Shown piece by piece: positions 46,410 to 55,802 of a stretch of DNA of 64,000 nucleotides. Each line of letters opens with the position of its first letter. Position 1 is the first letter of the stretch. The notes below the pieces were generated by a model. The model was given only the letters and a program-made list of their open reading frames with translations, had not been told where the DNA came from and did no database searches. Source of the stretch: Candidatus Omnitrophota bacterium (GTDB taxonomy: Bacteria; Omnitrophota; Gorgyraeia; Gygaellales; Profunditerraquicolaceae). Both the position numbers and the translations under genes were made by a program. The stretch lies in NCBI GenBank assembly GCA_026387335.1, contig JAPLLX010000002.1, positions 77,326 through 141,325 on the forward strand, read 5' to 3'.

Positions 46410-46532
46410 TATTTAATAGTGAACAAGGGAGTAGAAGGTCTTGAACCGTAAGGAGAAAGAGCGACACACCTTACGGTTTTTGTCTATTCTAGTAGTTTGC
46501 TAAAATTTTAGAAGGAAGGAGGAATTGCGGCA

Positions 46533-46733
46533 ATGGCAAAAGGTAAAGTAAAGTGGTTTTCCAACCAAAAAGGTTATGGGTTTATTACTCCTGAGAATGG
46601 TAATGATGTCTTCGTGCATCATACAGCTATACAGGGTGATGGCTATAAGACTTTAGAAGAGGGCCAGGAAGTGGAGTTTGAGATTGAAAAAGGTCCGAAG
46701 GGCGAGCAAGCTACAAAAGTAACCAAGTTATAA
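46533..46733 (+). CDS. cspA: cold-shock protein (CspA family)
   Basis: 66 aa with RNP1 KGYGFI and RNP2 VFVHH. Confidence 0.95.
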   Translation: MAKGKVKWFSNQKGYGFITPENGNDVFVHHTAIQGDGYKTLEEGQEVEFEIEKGPKGEQATKVTKL

Positions 46734-46759
46734 CCTAAAAAAGAAAAAAGAAAGCAAAT

Positions 46760-46816
46760 AAAGGGGACGGTTCTATTTTTTCAGGTTTAAGATTAAAAAA
46801 TAGAACCGTCCCCTTT
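46760..46816. terminator. long perfect hairpin, terminator-like (A-run 5' and T-run 3' of a GC core)
   Basis: AAAGGGGACGGTTCTATTTTTT-N13-AAAAAATAGAACCGTCCCCTTT forms a 22-bp perfect stem. Confidence 0.7.
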
Positions 46817-46838
46817 ATTCGTATGCTATAATTACCGT

Positions 46839-47951
46839 ATGAAAAAACGCGTAGTGGTGGGGATGAGCGGAGGGGTGGATTCTGCGGTAGCCGCGGCTCT
46901 GTTAAAAAAACAGGGCTATGAGGTTATTGGGGTAACTATGTGTTTTAATCTTAAGGATTCAGCCCGCAAAAAAGCCGGCTGCTGCAGCCTTCAAGGGATA
47001 GAAGACGCCCGTAGAGTAGCTCATAAGTTAGGGATAAAGCATTATGTTTTGAATATGGGCAAAGTTCTGGAAGAGCGGGTAATCAAGAATTTCTGCCAAG
47101 AATATCTTTTAGGCCGCACGCCTAATCCCTGCGTGCTATGCAATCAATACCTTAAATTCGGCGAGCTACTTAACAAGGCACATGTTTTGGGCGCTGATTT
47201 TTTAGCTACGGGCCATTATGCTCGTGTAGTTAAAACAGCTTCCGGTTTTTTGTTAAAGAAAGCAAAAGACCCAAAGAAAGACCAATCCTATTTTTTATAT
47301 CGTCTTAATCAAGCTCAACTTAAGCATATAATTTTTCCTTTAGGTAATTATACCAAGGAAGAGGTGCGGGATTTAGCCCGGAAATTTAAACTCCCTGTTG
47401 CCGAGAAGAAAGCGAGCCAGGAGATTTGTTTTCTTCCGGATGATGATTACCGGGCGTTTTTAAAGGCAAGAATCAATAAAGATATGAAGCCGGGTCCGGT
47501 AGTAGACACTCAAGGCAATATCGTAGGCCAACATAAAGGCATTGCCTATTATACGATTGGTCAGCGCGAAGGCCTGGGGATTGCCAAGGGTTACCCGGTA
47601 TATATAACCAGAATAGACCCTAAGACTAATAAGATTTTTATCGGTTCCAAAGAAGACGCCTCTAAGCGCGAGTTTATAATTAAGGAACTGCATTATGCCC
47701 TTAAAGCCCCTATAAAAAAGAAAGTTGCCTTTAAGGTGAAGATAAGATATAATCATAAAGAAGCTGAAGCAAGGATTATTCCTTCCGGTAAAAAAGCTAC
47801 AGGCCACAAGGCCGTGGTTTGGCCTCCGATAGCCAAAGCCAAAATAGTTTTTAAAAAACCGCAATTTGCTATAACTCCCGGGCAATCAGCAGTTTTCTAT
47901 AGAGAGAACAGGGTTTTAGGCGGAGCTATTATTGATAAGGTTATAGATTAG
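46839..47951 (+). CDS. mnmA: tRNA 2-thiouridine(34) synthase
   Basis: 370 aa with PP-loop VVVGMSGGVDSAVAA and catalytic cysteines (PNPCVLCN, ICF). Confidence 0.9.
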   Translation: MKKRVVVGMSGGVDSAVAAALLKKQGYEVIGVTMCFNLKDSARKKAGCCSLQGIEDARRVAHKLGIKHYVLNMGKVLEERVIKNFCQEYLLGRTPNPCVLCNQYLKFGELLNKAHVLGADFLATGHYARVVKTASGFLLKKAKDPKKDQSYFLYRLNQAQLKHIIFPLGNYTKEEVRDLARKFKLPVAEKKASQEICFLPDDDYRAFLKARINKDMKPGPVVDTQGNIVGQHKGIAYYTIGQREGLGIAKGYPVYITRIDPKTNKIFIGSKEDASKREFIIKELHYALKAPIKKKVAFKVKIRYNHKEAEARIIPSGKKATGHKAVVWPPIAKAKIVFKKPQFAITPGQSAVFYRENRVLGGAIIDKVID

Positions 47952-48869
47952 ATGACTAAGGAAATCTCCAGTTTAGAAAATAAAATCAAAGAGCTTAAAA
48001 AGCGGCATAACGCTATAATTTTGGCGCATAATTATCAACTCCCCGAAGTCCAGGAGGTGGCGGATTTTAGGGGCGATTCTTTGGAGTTGAGCCGCGTGGC
48101 AGCTAAGACTGACGCCAAGGTGATTATTTTCTGCGGGGTTTATTTTATGGCTGAGACAGCCTCAATCCTTTCTCCGGATAAATTAGTGATCGTTCCGGAT
48201 GCCAACGCGGGTTGCCCGATGGCCAATATGCTCAGCGCCCAAGAATTAAGAAAGCTTAAAGAAAAGCACCCGCAAGCCGTGGTTGTAGGTTATGTAAATA
48301 CGTCGGCGGAAGTCAAAGCGGAATTAGATTATTGCTGTACATCTACGAACGCGGTAGCCGTGGTTAATGCTCTTAAAGGTAAAGAAGAAATTATTTTTGT
48401 CCCGGATAAATACCTGGCTGATTATGTATCTAAACAAACCGGTCGGCAGCTGATTACCTGGAATGGTTTTTGTCCTACCCATATAAAGATTCTCCCTGAA
48501 GATATAAGGCGGGAAAAGAAATTCCATCCTTTCGCTAAAGTTATAGTGCATCCGGAGTGTTTGCCTCAGGTTGTGGCTATGGCTGACGCGGTTTTATCTA
48601 CGAGCCAAATGGCTAAATACGCCAAAGAAACAGAAGCTAAAGAGATGATCATAGGCACAGAAGTGGGGATTATTTACCGGTTGAAGAAGGATAACCCCGG
48701 AAAGGAATTTTATCCCGCTTCCGAACGCGCTATTTGCCCGAATATGAAACGCACTACGCAAGATAAAATACTCTGGGCCCTGGAAGAATTGAAAGAAGAA
48801 GTTAAGGTTCCTGATGATATACGGCAACGGGCTAAAAAAGCAATAGACAGGATGTTGGAGATAGTTTGA
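47952..48869 (+). CDS. nadA: quinolinate synthase
   Basis: 305 aa with a NadA-like pattern (ILAHNYQ, VHPEC, three cluster Cys contexts). Confidence 0.9.
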   Translation: MTKEISSLENKIKELKKRHNAIILAHNYQLPEVQEVADFRGDSLELSRVAAKTDAKVIIFCGVYFMAETASILSPDKLVIVPDANAGCPMANMLSAQELRKLKEKHPQAVVVGYVNTSAEVKAELDYCCTSTNAVAVVNALKGKEEIIFVPDKYLADYVSKQTGRQLITWNGFCPTHIKILPEDIRREKKFHPFAKVIVHPECLPQVVAMADAVLSTSQMAKYAKETEAKEMIIGTEVGIIYRLKKDNPGKEFYPASERAICPNMKRTTQDKILWALEELKEEVKVPDDIRQRAKKAIDRMLEIV

Positions 48870-49462
48870 ATATCCCCATAGCTTATGAAGACGAGTGGCT
48901 TCTGGTAGTAGATAAACCTTCAGGGCTTCTCACCGTGCCTACTCCTAAAAACGAACAACGCACGCTTACCAGTATTTTAAATTTATATCCCTGCCACCGG
49001 CTTGACCGGGAGACCTCCGGTTTGATAATCTACGCGAAAGATAAAAGCGTTCAACAAAAAATGATGGATGAATTTCGGGATAGAGAGGTTAAGAAAACTT
49101 ACATTGCTTTCATCCGGGGAGTCCCTTATAAAAACGCGGGAGAGATCAAGAATAAAATAGAAGGTTTAAGCGCCGCGACGCGTTACAAAGTTATTGCAAA
49201 AAGAAAAGATTTTGCTATTGTAGAAGTGCATCCTCTGACCGGACGGACTAACCAGATAAGGATCCATTTTAAGCAGATCGGCCATCCCATATTGGGAGAG
49301 ACTAAATACGCGTTCCGCAAGGATTTTAAGATTAAGGCCAAAAGGCTTATGTTACAAGCGAAGGAGTTAAGTTTTCCTCACCCCGTAACCGGCGCGCAAG
49401 TTCAAGTACGCCTGGATCTTGCTATGGATATGGCGGGGTTTTTAGAGAAACATCCGCATTAA
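48866..49462 (+). CDS. RluA-family pseudouridine synthase
   Basis: TTG start overlapping the nadA stop. Catalytic motif HRLDRETSG. Confidence 0.8.
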   Translation: MNIPIAYEDEWLLVVDKPSGLLTVPTPKNEQRTLTSILNLYPCHRLDRETSGLIIYAKDKSVQQKMMDEFRDREVKKTYIAFIRGVPYKNAGEIKNKIEGLSAATRYKVIAKRKDFAIVEVHPLTGRTNQIRIHFKQIGHPILGETKYAFRKDFKIKAKRLMLQAKELSFPHPVTGAQVQVRLDLAMDMAGFLEKHPH

Positions 49463-49474
49463 GGAAATTGGAAT

Positions 49475-50245
49475 ATGGATTTGATTCAGGCTTGTATATT
49501 GGGGATCATTGAAGGGATCACGGAGTTCCTGCCTATTTCTTCCACCGGGCATTTAATGCTCGCCAGCCGCAGTATGGGAATTGCCCAGACAGAGTTTGTC
49601 AAAAGTTTTGAGATCGCGATTCAATCCGGAGCTATTCTGGCGGTAGTTATTCTTTACTGGAAGACGTTATCTAAGGGTATTGATATCTGGAAGAAAATCT
49701 TAACCGCGTTTTTACCGACCGCGGTAATCGGAGTATTATTATACAAGGTTATTAAGACCTTCTTTTTGAGCAGCAGCTCAGTAGTGCTTTGGTCGTTATT
49801 CTTAGGGGGCGTCGCGCTTATACTTTTTGAAATTTTTCACGGAGAGAGGCAAGGTTCTTCGGAGGAATTAGTTTCCATCACTTATCCCCAGGCCCTAATT
49901 ATCGGTTTTTTTCAGTCGATTGCCATTATTCCGGGAGTTTCCCGGGCGGCAGCGACTATTGTAGGGGGTCTGGCGTTGGGTTTAAAACGCAAAACAATAG
50001 TGGAATTTTCTTTTTTACTGGCCATTCCCACAATGTGCGCCGCGACTGCCCTGGATTTGGCCAAGAGCGCTAAAAGCTTTAGAACAGATCAATTTTTGGT
50101 TTTAGGTGTCGGGTTCATTGTTTCATTTCTGGTCGCCCTTTTAGCCATAAAATTTCTCCTTGTTTTCATAAAGAAACATACGTTTATTCCTTTTGGGATA
50201 TACAGAATACTTATAGCTGCGGCATTCTGGTTAAGAATGGGGTAG
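49475..50245 (+). CDS. uppP: undecaprenyl-diphosphate phosphatase
   Basis: 256 aa with BacA motifs GIIEGITEFLPISSTGH and PGVSRAAATI. Confidence 0.9.
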   Translation: MDLIQACILGIIEGITEFLPISSTGHLMLASRSMGIAQTEFVKSFEIAIQSGAILAVVILYWKTLSKGIDIWKKILTAFLPTAVIGVLLYKVIKTFFLSSSSVVLWSLFLGGVALILFEIFHGERQGSSEELVSITYPQALIIGFFQSIAIIPGVSRAAATIVGGLALGLKRKTIVEFSFLLAIPTMCAATALDLAKSAKSFRTDQFLVLGVGFIVSFLVALLAIKFLLVFIKKHTFIPFGIYRILIAAAFWLRMG

Positions 50246-50254
50246 GAGGTAAAT

Positions 50255-51157
50255 TTGAGTATATTGGTCTTGGGGACAGTGGCGCTGGATAATGTAAAGA
50301 CTCCTTTTGGCCAAAGAAAACAGTTGCTCGGAGGTTCAGCCGCGCATTTTTCTATGGCCGCGCGCATTTTTACCAAAGTGAACCTGGTCGCTATTGTCGG
50401 AAAGGATTTCCCTCAAAGGCATATCCAATTTTTAGAGGCTAAAGGCATAAATCTTAGCGCGCTTATCCGCGAGGCTTCGGGAAAGACCTTTCAGTGGTCA
50501 GGAGAATATAGGGGGGATTTAAATACCGCTATTACTTTAAATACCGAATTGGGGGTCCTGAGCACGTTTAAGCCTGAGATCTCCGAAGAGCAGAAAAGGA
50601 TAGAACACGTTTTTTTGGCTAATGTTGACCCGGATATACAGCGGCACCTCTTGGGGCATATGCGTTCGCCCAAATTAATCGCTTTGGATAGCATGAATTA
50701 TTGGATCAATAATAAACGTAAGGCGTTGATACGTTTATTGAAACAGGTGGATATTTATGTAGCCAATGATCAGGAGGCCCGGGCTTTATCCGGCGAACAT
50801 AACTTAATCCAGGCGGCCCGCGCCTTGCGCTCTTTTGGCCCCAGGATGGTTTTAATAAAAAAGGGCGAGCACGGAGTTTTGTTTTTCAGCGATAAATTCA
50901 TATTTTCTCTTCCGGCATATCCGGCGGATAAAGTGATTGATCCGACCGGAGCAGGAGATACCTTTGCCGGAGGCTTCATGGGTTATTTGGCTAAATCCAG
51001 GATCCTCAATATGCAAAATATAAGAAAAGCGCTGGTATTCGGGACAATCGCGGCGTCATTTAACATCGAAGATTTTGGTTTGGAAAGGACCTCCAAACTT
51101 ACCCTGAAAGATCTGAATAAAAGGCTCGCCCATTTTAAAAAGTGTATTTTAATCTAA
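50255..51157 (+). CDS. PfkB-family sugar/nucleoside kinase
   Basis: TTG start. C-terminal motif DPTGAGDTFAGGF. Confidence 0.7.
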   Translation: MSILVLGTVALDNVKTPFGQRKQLLGGSAAHFSMAARIFTKVNLVAIVGKDFPQRHIQFLEAKGINLSALIREASGKTFQWSGEYRGDLNTAITLNTELGVLSTFKPEISEEQKRIEHVFLANVDPDIQRHLLGHMRSPKLIALDSMNYWINNKRKALIRLLKQVDIYVANDQEARALSGEHNLIQAARALRSFGPRMVLIKKGEHGVLFFSDKFIFSLPAYPADKVIDPTGAGDTFAGGFMGYLAKSRILNMQNIRKALVFGTIAASFNIEDFGLERTSKLTLKDLNKRLAHFKKCILI

Positions 51158-51190
51158 TACCCGTAGAATACCGCGGGTGAGGGAGGATTT

Positions 51191-51640
51191 ATGTTAGAAG
51201 AAAAGATTCTTAACGACTATAAAGAAGCGATGAAGGCCAGGGATACGCTGAAGAGTGCGGTATTAAGTTTCCTAAGGGCGGATATGATGAATGCCGCTCT
51301 CGCTAAGAAAAAGGCTTCTCTTGATGACAGCGAGGCAGTTGCTATAATTAAGAAGCAGATCAAGCAGCGTCAAGACTCAATTGAGCAGTTTACTAAAGGA
51401 GAGCGCCTGGAGATGGCCGAGAAGGAGAAAAAGGAAGCAGAGATATTAAAAACCTATCTTCCTCCTGAAATGTCTGGCGATGAGATCAAAAAAGTGATTG
51501 AAGAAGTTGTCGCGGCTACCAGCGCTTGCGGCATGAAGGATATGGGCAAGGTTATGAAAGAGGTTAACGCTAAAATCGCCGGACAAGCTGACGGTAAATT
51601 AGTCAGTGATCTGGTAAGAACGAGGCTTTCAGCCGGGTAA
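51191..51640 (+). CDS. GatB/YqeY-domain protein
   Basis: 149 aa with a YqeY-like pattern (ILNDYKEAMKARD...LKTYLPP). Confidence 0.8.
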   Translation: MLEEKILNDYKEAMKARDTLKSAVLSFLRADMMNAALAKKKASLDDSEAVAIIKKQIKQRQDSIEQFTKGERLEMAEKEKKEAEILKTYLPPEMSGDEIKKVIEEVVAATSACGMKDMGKVMKEVNAKIAGQADGKLVSDLVRTRLSAG

Positions 51641-51647
51641 TCAATTT

Positions 51648-52745
51648 ATGGAAACCTATTTCTTAAAAAATGATGACCTGCTAAAATTTTATGAACGTAT
51701 AGCTCAGGAATATGAGTTGTATGTTCCGGTTAGGTCTAGGCTAGCGTATAAGGATGAGTGCGGATGCAAGCCGGGGTTTCCTACCGATGATTATTTCTTA
51801 AGGAAATTTTCGCAAGTAAATAAAGAGGATATAGTCTTTAGCGATTACCGCTGCGTAGAGCCTACCCGCGCGTTCTTCACCCATTATAAAGAAGAAGTCA
51901 GCGCGTATTTTGAAGACGCGCCCTTAAAAGAGAAGAGGGAGCGGCCTTTGGCCCTCTGCGGGATAAAGAATTGCGATATATTTTCCTTAAAAATACAGGA
52001 TTTTGTATTCCTGGAAGGAGATGAAACAGACCAGCTTTATAAGACCAGGAGGGATGGCGCTTTAATAATTTCTAGCGATTGCCCGCATTTTAAAGAAGTT
52101 TGTTTCTGCAGGGCGTTTGATATCAATCCCTATCCGCTCGAAGGTTTTGATTTTAACCTGGCGCCGCTGAATAACGGTTACCTTCTGGATGTAGCGTCGC
52201 CAAGAGCTAAAAGCATAGCTCTATCCTTAAAAAGTATATTAATTCCGGCGACATTGGGCCAGCTCTCGGGAAGAGCAGCCAAGAGAGAGTCGCTGGATCT
52301 GCGCCTGGATGAGCATCTCAAGCAATATAATATCCCCAAGAAAGAAACCCTGCAGGATACGGTATTATCTGGGTATAATTCCGGGATCTGGAATGATGAA
52401 GCGCGCACGTGCGTTGAATGCAATGGCTGCGTATTTATGTGCGATACCTGCCATTGTTTTCTGCTGGCGGATGAACCTTCAGCGCAGAATTCTAAACGGC
52501 TGCGCCTTTGGGACGGCTGCCTCTTTAAGAATTTTACCCGGGTGGCCGGAGGGGCCAACCCTTTACGCCTGCGTTATATGCGGCTGCGCAACCGTTTTTT
52601 AAAAAAATTTGATTTTTTTATTTCTAATCTAGGGATGCAAGCCTGTTGTGGCTGCGGAAGATGCATTGATGTCTGCCCGGGGAAAATTGATATACGCCGG
52701 ATATTGCGTAAACTATATGAAGAAAAACATCTACCAACCAGTTAA
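51648..52745 (+). CDS. Fe-S subunit, AsrA / sulfhydrogenase beta (HydB)-like
   Basis: 365 aa with cysteine clusters CVECNGCVFMCDTCHC and CCGCGRCIDVCP. Followed by the matching FAD/NAD subunit. Confidence 0.6.
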   Translation: METYFLKNDDLLKFYERIAQEYELYVPVRSRLAYKDECGCKPGFPTDDYFLRKFSQVNKEDIVFSDYRCVEPTRAFFTHYKEEVSAYFEDAPLKEKRERPLALCGIKNCDIFSLKIQDFVFLEGDETDQLYKTRRDGALIISSDCPHFKEVCFCRAFDINPYPLEGFDFNLAPLNNGYLLDVASPRAKSIALSLKSILIPATLGQLSGRAAKRESLDLRLDEHLKQYNIPKKETLQDTVLSGYNSGIWNDEARTCVECNGCVFMCDTCHCFLLADEPSAQNSKRLRLWDGCLFKNFTRVAGGANPLRLRYMRLRNRFLKKFDFFISNLGMQACCGCGRCIDVCPGKIDIRRILRKLYEEKHLPTS

Positions 52746-53535
52746 GGCTGTTATTGAGGAAATAATCGAGGAATCCTCAACGATAAAGACTTTCCGGCTT
52801 AAGCCCGAAGGGGATTTTAGTTTTTCTACCGGCCAGTTCATTGAATTGACTGTGCCCGGAGTGGGAGAAGCGCCATTTACCCCTTCTTCTGATCCGGGGG
52901 TCAAGGGAAGTTTAGACCTTACTATAATGAATGCGGGTGAAGTCACCTCTAAATTACATTCTCTGCGTAAAGGAGATGCAGTGGGCCTGCGCGGGCCTTA
53001 CGGCAAGGGTTATCCTTTGGATACGTTTAAGGGAAAGGATATTTTGATCGTCGGCGGCGGAGTGGGTCTAGCGCCGTTACGCTCGTTATTATTCAGTCTT
53101 TTCTCCAAGATCAATAATTACAATAAAGTCGTCTTGCGTTACGGCGCCCGCTCGCCAAAAGACATAGTTTATAAGACCTCTCTTCCTGATTGGGCCAAGA
53201 TGGAGCGAGTGGATGTTTTAGTCAGTGTAGATATAGGGGAACCTGCTTGGCAGGGGAACGTGGGTCTGGTGACTACGATATTAGGGAACGCTCCGATAGA
53301 TTTCACGAATGCCGTCGGAATAGTCTGTGGCCCTCCGATCATGATGAAATTTGTCACTTTGAAATTACTGGACATAGGTTTTAAGCCGCCGGATATATAT
53401 TTATCTATGGAAAAGAGTATGTCCTGCGGGCTGGGTAAATGCGGGCATTGCCGTTTAGGCAAATATTATGCCTGTAAAGACGGCCCGGTATTTACTTACG
53501 AACAGTTAAAAGATATCCAGGGTATTTGGGATTAA
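52717..53535 (+). CDS. FAD/NAD(P)-binding [2Fe-2S] subunit, AsrB / sulfhydrogenase gamma (HydG)-like
   Basis: ATG 52717 (MKKNIYQPVKAVIEEI) is preferred over the tracked start 52648. NAD motif GGGVGLAP and C-terminal CGLGKCGHCRLG. Confidence 0.7.
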   Translation: MKKNIYQPVKAVIEEIIEESSTIKTFRLKPEGDFSFSTGQFIELTVPGVGEAPFTPSSDPGVKGSLDLTIMNAGEVTSKLHSLRKGDAVGLRGPYGKGYPLDTFKGKDILIVGGGVGLAPLRSLLFSLFSKINNYNKVVLRYGARSPKDIVYKTSLPDWAKMERVDVLVSVDIGEPAWQGNVGLVTTILGNAPIDFTNAVGIVCGPPIMMKFVTLKLLDIGFKPPDIYLSMEKSMSCGLGKCGHCRLGKYYACKDGPVFTYEQLKDIQGIWD

Positions 53536-53539
53536 TGCG

Positions 53540-54034
53540 ATGAAAAGGTTATTTCTAGATTTAGATATTTGCGATAAGTGTAAAGAATGCAAGGTTACCT
53601 GTGATTATTTCTATCATCCGCAGAACGACGGTATTACGTCTTTACGCGAATACGCGACTTTCGCGACTATCTGCCGGCATTGTGAAGAAGCGCCCTGCGT
53701 GGATTCCTGTTATCATAACGCCCTGGAGAGGGCGCCTGACGGGCATATTAAGCGTTATAAGATGCGCTGCACAAGCTGTAAATCCTGTTCCATTGCCTGT
53801 CCTTTCGGAATTATTTTCCAGGATTTTATTCCCTATCTGGATTCTAAATGCGATTATTGCGTAGGTAAAAGCGCCGAACTTCCTAAATGCGCGTTTACCT
53901 GCCCCGAAAAAGCTATAGAGGTCAAAGAAGTCGAAGAGAGCTTAGAGCGGGATATTTATTTTGTGGGAGAACATTTAGCGGTGCATTCGCGTAAATGGTC
54001 AAGGGAGGATATACAACCCCCGAGAAAGAAATGA
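53540..54034 (+). CDS. poly-[4Fe-4S] ferredoxin, HycB-like electron-transfer subunit
   Basis: 164 aa with several CxxCxxC(xxxC) groups. Confidence 0.7.
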   Translation: MKRLFLDLDICDKCKECKVTCDYFYHPQNDGITSLREYATFATICRHCEEAPCVDSCYHNALERAPDGHIKRYKMRCTSCKSCSIACPFGIIFQDFIPYLDSKCDYCVGKSAELPKCAFTCPEKAIEVKEVEESLERDIYFVGEHLAVHSRKWSREDIQPPRKK

Positions 54035-54942
54035 AAGAAATTTTTTATTATTTAATATTTCCCGGTTTTTTATTCAGCGCGCTAGTAGGGCTAATGGCCG
54101 GTTGGATAGATAGAAAGTTGACGGCGCGCCTGCAATGGCGGGTCGGACCGCCCTGGCATCAGAATTTTACCGATATCGTAAAATTATTAGGTAAAGAGGT
54201 TATTGTCCCCGAAGGCGCCAGGCTTACGTTTTTATTTTCACCGTATCTGGGCTTGGTAAGCGCGATATTGGTAGCCGCCAGCTTAGGAAGGATCATAATT
54301 TCTCCGGCAAATAGTTTCGGCGCGGACTTGATCGTCTTTTTCTATCTTTTAAGCTTACCGGCCGTAGCCTTGATCATCGGGGCTTCTTCTTCCAGAAATC
54401 CGTTGGCTTCGGTAGGGGTATCCAGGGAGGTTAAACTTCTTTTAGCTTATGAGCTGCCGCTTATCCTCTCTATAATTACTGTGGTCATCAAAAGCAACGG
54501 GTCCCTCCAGATAGGCTCGATAATCCAGCAGCAGATGTTCTTTGGCTCCAATATTTTTTCATTTTCAGGCGCTTTGGCTTTTCTGGTCGCAATATTTTGT
54601 ATGCAGGCAAAATTAGGGTTAGGGCTTTTTGATGTTGCTGAAGCGGATCAGGAGCTTATGTGCGGGACCTTAATTGAATATTCGGGGCTGCCGTTGGCAA
54701 TATTTAAACTAACCAAGGCCTTAATGCTTTATACTGTCCCGCTTTTTATCATTGTTTTATTTTTAGGTTGCTCTTTAAGCCCGGCGTTACTGATCGCTAA
54801 ATATTTGATGCTGTTGGCTATAATGATATTGATCAAGAACACTAACCCGCGTTTACGCATAGACCAGGTTTTAAGATTCTTCTGGAGAATACCGACGCTG
54901 GCAGCCGGGGCAGCCGTTATTCTGGCTATGTTGGGATTATAA
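54031..54942 (+). CDS. NuoH/HycD-like membrane subunit of group 4 hydrogenase
   Basis: ATG 54031 overlaps the upstream stop (ATGA). Motif DRKLTARLQWRVGPP and about 8 TM segments. Confidence 0.8.
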   Translation: MKEIFYYLIFPGFLFSALVGLMAGWIDRKLTARLQWRVGPPWHQNFTDIVKLLGKEVIVPEGARLTFLFSPYLGLVSAILVAASLGRIIISPANSFGADLIVFFYLLSLPAVALIIGASSSRNPLASVGVSREVKLLLAYELPLILSIITVVIKSNGSLQIGSIIQQQMFFGSNIFSFSGALAFLVAIFCMQAKLGLGLFDVAEADQELMCGTLIEYSGLPLAIFKLTKALMLYTVPLFIIVLFLGCSLSPALLIAKYLMLLAIMILIKNTNPRLRIDQVLRFFWRIPTLAAGAAVILAMLGL

Positions 54943-54943
54943 T

Positions 54944-55369
54944 ATGGATATAAGACGTAAGGCTTGGACTAAATCTATCTGGGTATTTCATGTGAGCAAT
55001 GGCTCTTGCAATAATTGCGATATTGAAATCCTGGATTGTTTTACCCCCAGATTCGACCTTGAACGTTTTGGCATACAGCTTATCGGATCAGTCCGGCACG
55101 CCGACGCGCTTTTAATCACCGGGGCAATGAATAAAAAATCAATTCCCAGGATGAAAAAAATCTATGAACAAGCGGCTAAGCCCTGTGTGGTGGTAGCCTG
55201 CGGCACCTGCGCGTGTTCACAGCATATGTTCAGGGATAGCTATAATGTGGGGGAGCCTTTGGATAAAATATTACCGGTAGATGTCTATATTCCGGGTTGC
55301 CCTCCCAAGCCGGAGGCAATCATTGCCGGCATCGTAAAACTGGTAGATAAAGTAAGGAAGGGTAAATAA
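54944..55369 (+). CDS. [NiFe]-hydrogenase small subunit, NuoB/HycG/EchC-like
   Basis: 141 aa with N2-type cluster ligands (GSCNNCD, ACGTCA, PGCPP). Confidence 0.85.
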   Translation: MDIRRKAWTKSIWVFHVSNGSCNNCDIEILDCFTPRFDLERFGIQLIGSVRHADALLITGAMNKKSIPRMKKIYEQAAKPCVVVACGTCACSQHMFRDSYNVGEPLDKILPVDVYIPGCPPKPEAIIAGIVKLVDKVRKGK

Positions 55370-55373
55370 GCTT

Positions 55374-55802
55374 ATGGATATGCGCGACAGAATAAAAGAG
55401 AAATTACAGGATAAAATAAAAGATTGGCAGGAGAAGTCTATTAAGAGGATATACTTCGCAATAGACAAGAAAGATATTTTTAAGGTTACGCAGGTATTAT
55501 TTAAAGAGCTGGAACTAAGGTTTATCACTGCTTCCGCCACAGATATGCCGGATTATTTTGAGATTTTGTATCATTTCAGCAATGACCCTTCGGGCGAGAT
55601 CTATTCAGTCCGTGTTTTATTAGAAGATAAGCTTAAACCCGAAATCCAGTCAATAACCCCGATGTTTGCCGGCGCTGAATGGGTTGAGCGGGAGATCTGG
55701 GAGATGCTGGGGATTAATTTTAAGGGGCATCCGAATTTAAAAAAGCTTCTGCTGGCCGAAGAATGGCCGGAAGGTGAATATCCTTTGAGGAATAAAAAAT
55801 GA
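55374..55802 (+). CDS. NuoC/EchD-like subunit
   Basis: 142 aa with NuoC motifs (ANWYEREIWDM-like AEWVEREIWEMLGI, HPxL). Confidence 0.75.
   Translation: MDMRDRIKEKLQDKIKDWQEKSIKRIYFAIDKKDIFKVTQVLFKELELRFITASATDMPDYFEILYHFSNDPSGEIYSVRVLLEDKLKPEIQSITPMFAGAEWVEREIWEMLGINFKGHPNLKKLLLAEEWPEGEYPLRNKK

Noticed and set aside
46760-46816. 22-bp perfect inverted repeat considered as a mobile-element end or protein-binding palindrome
   Set aside because: It is a single copy located exactly between the csp stop and the mnmA start. It has a GC core with flanking A and T runs, typical of a strong terminator, so it is annotated as such.
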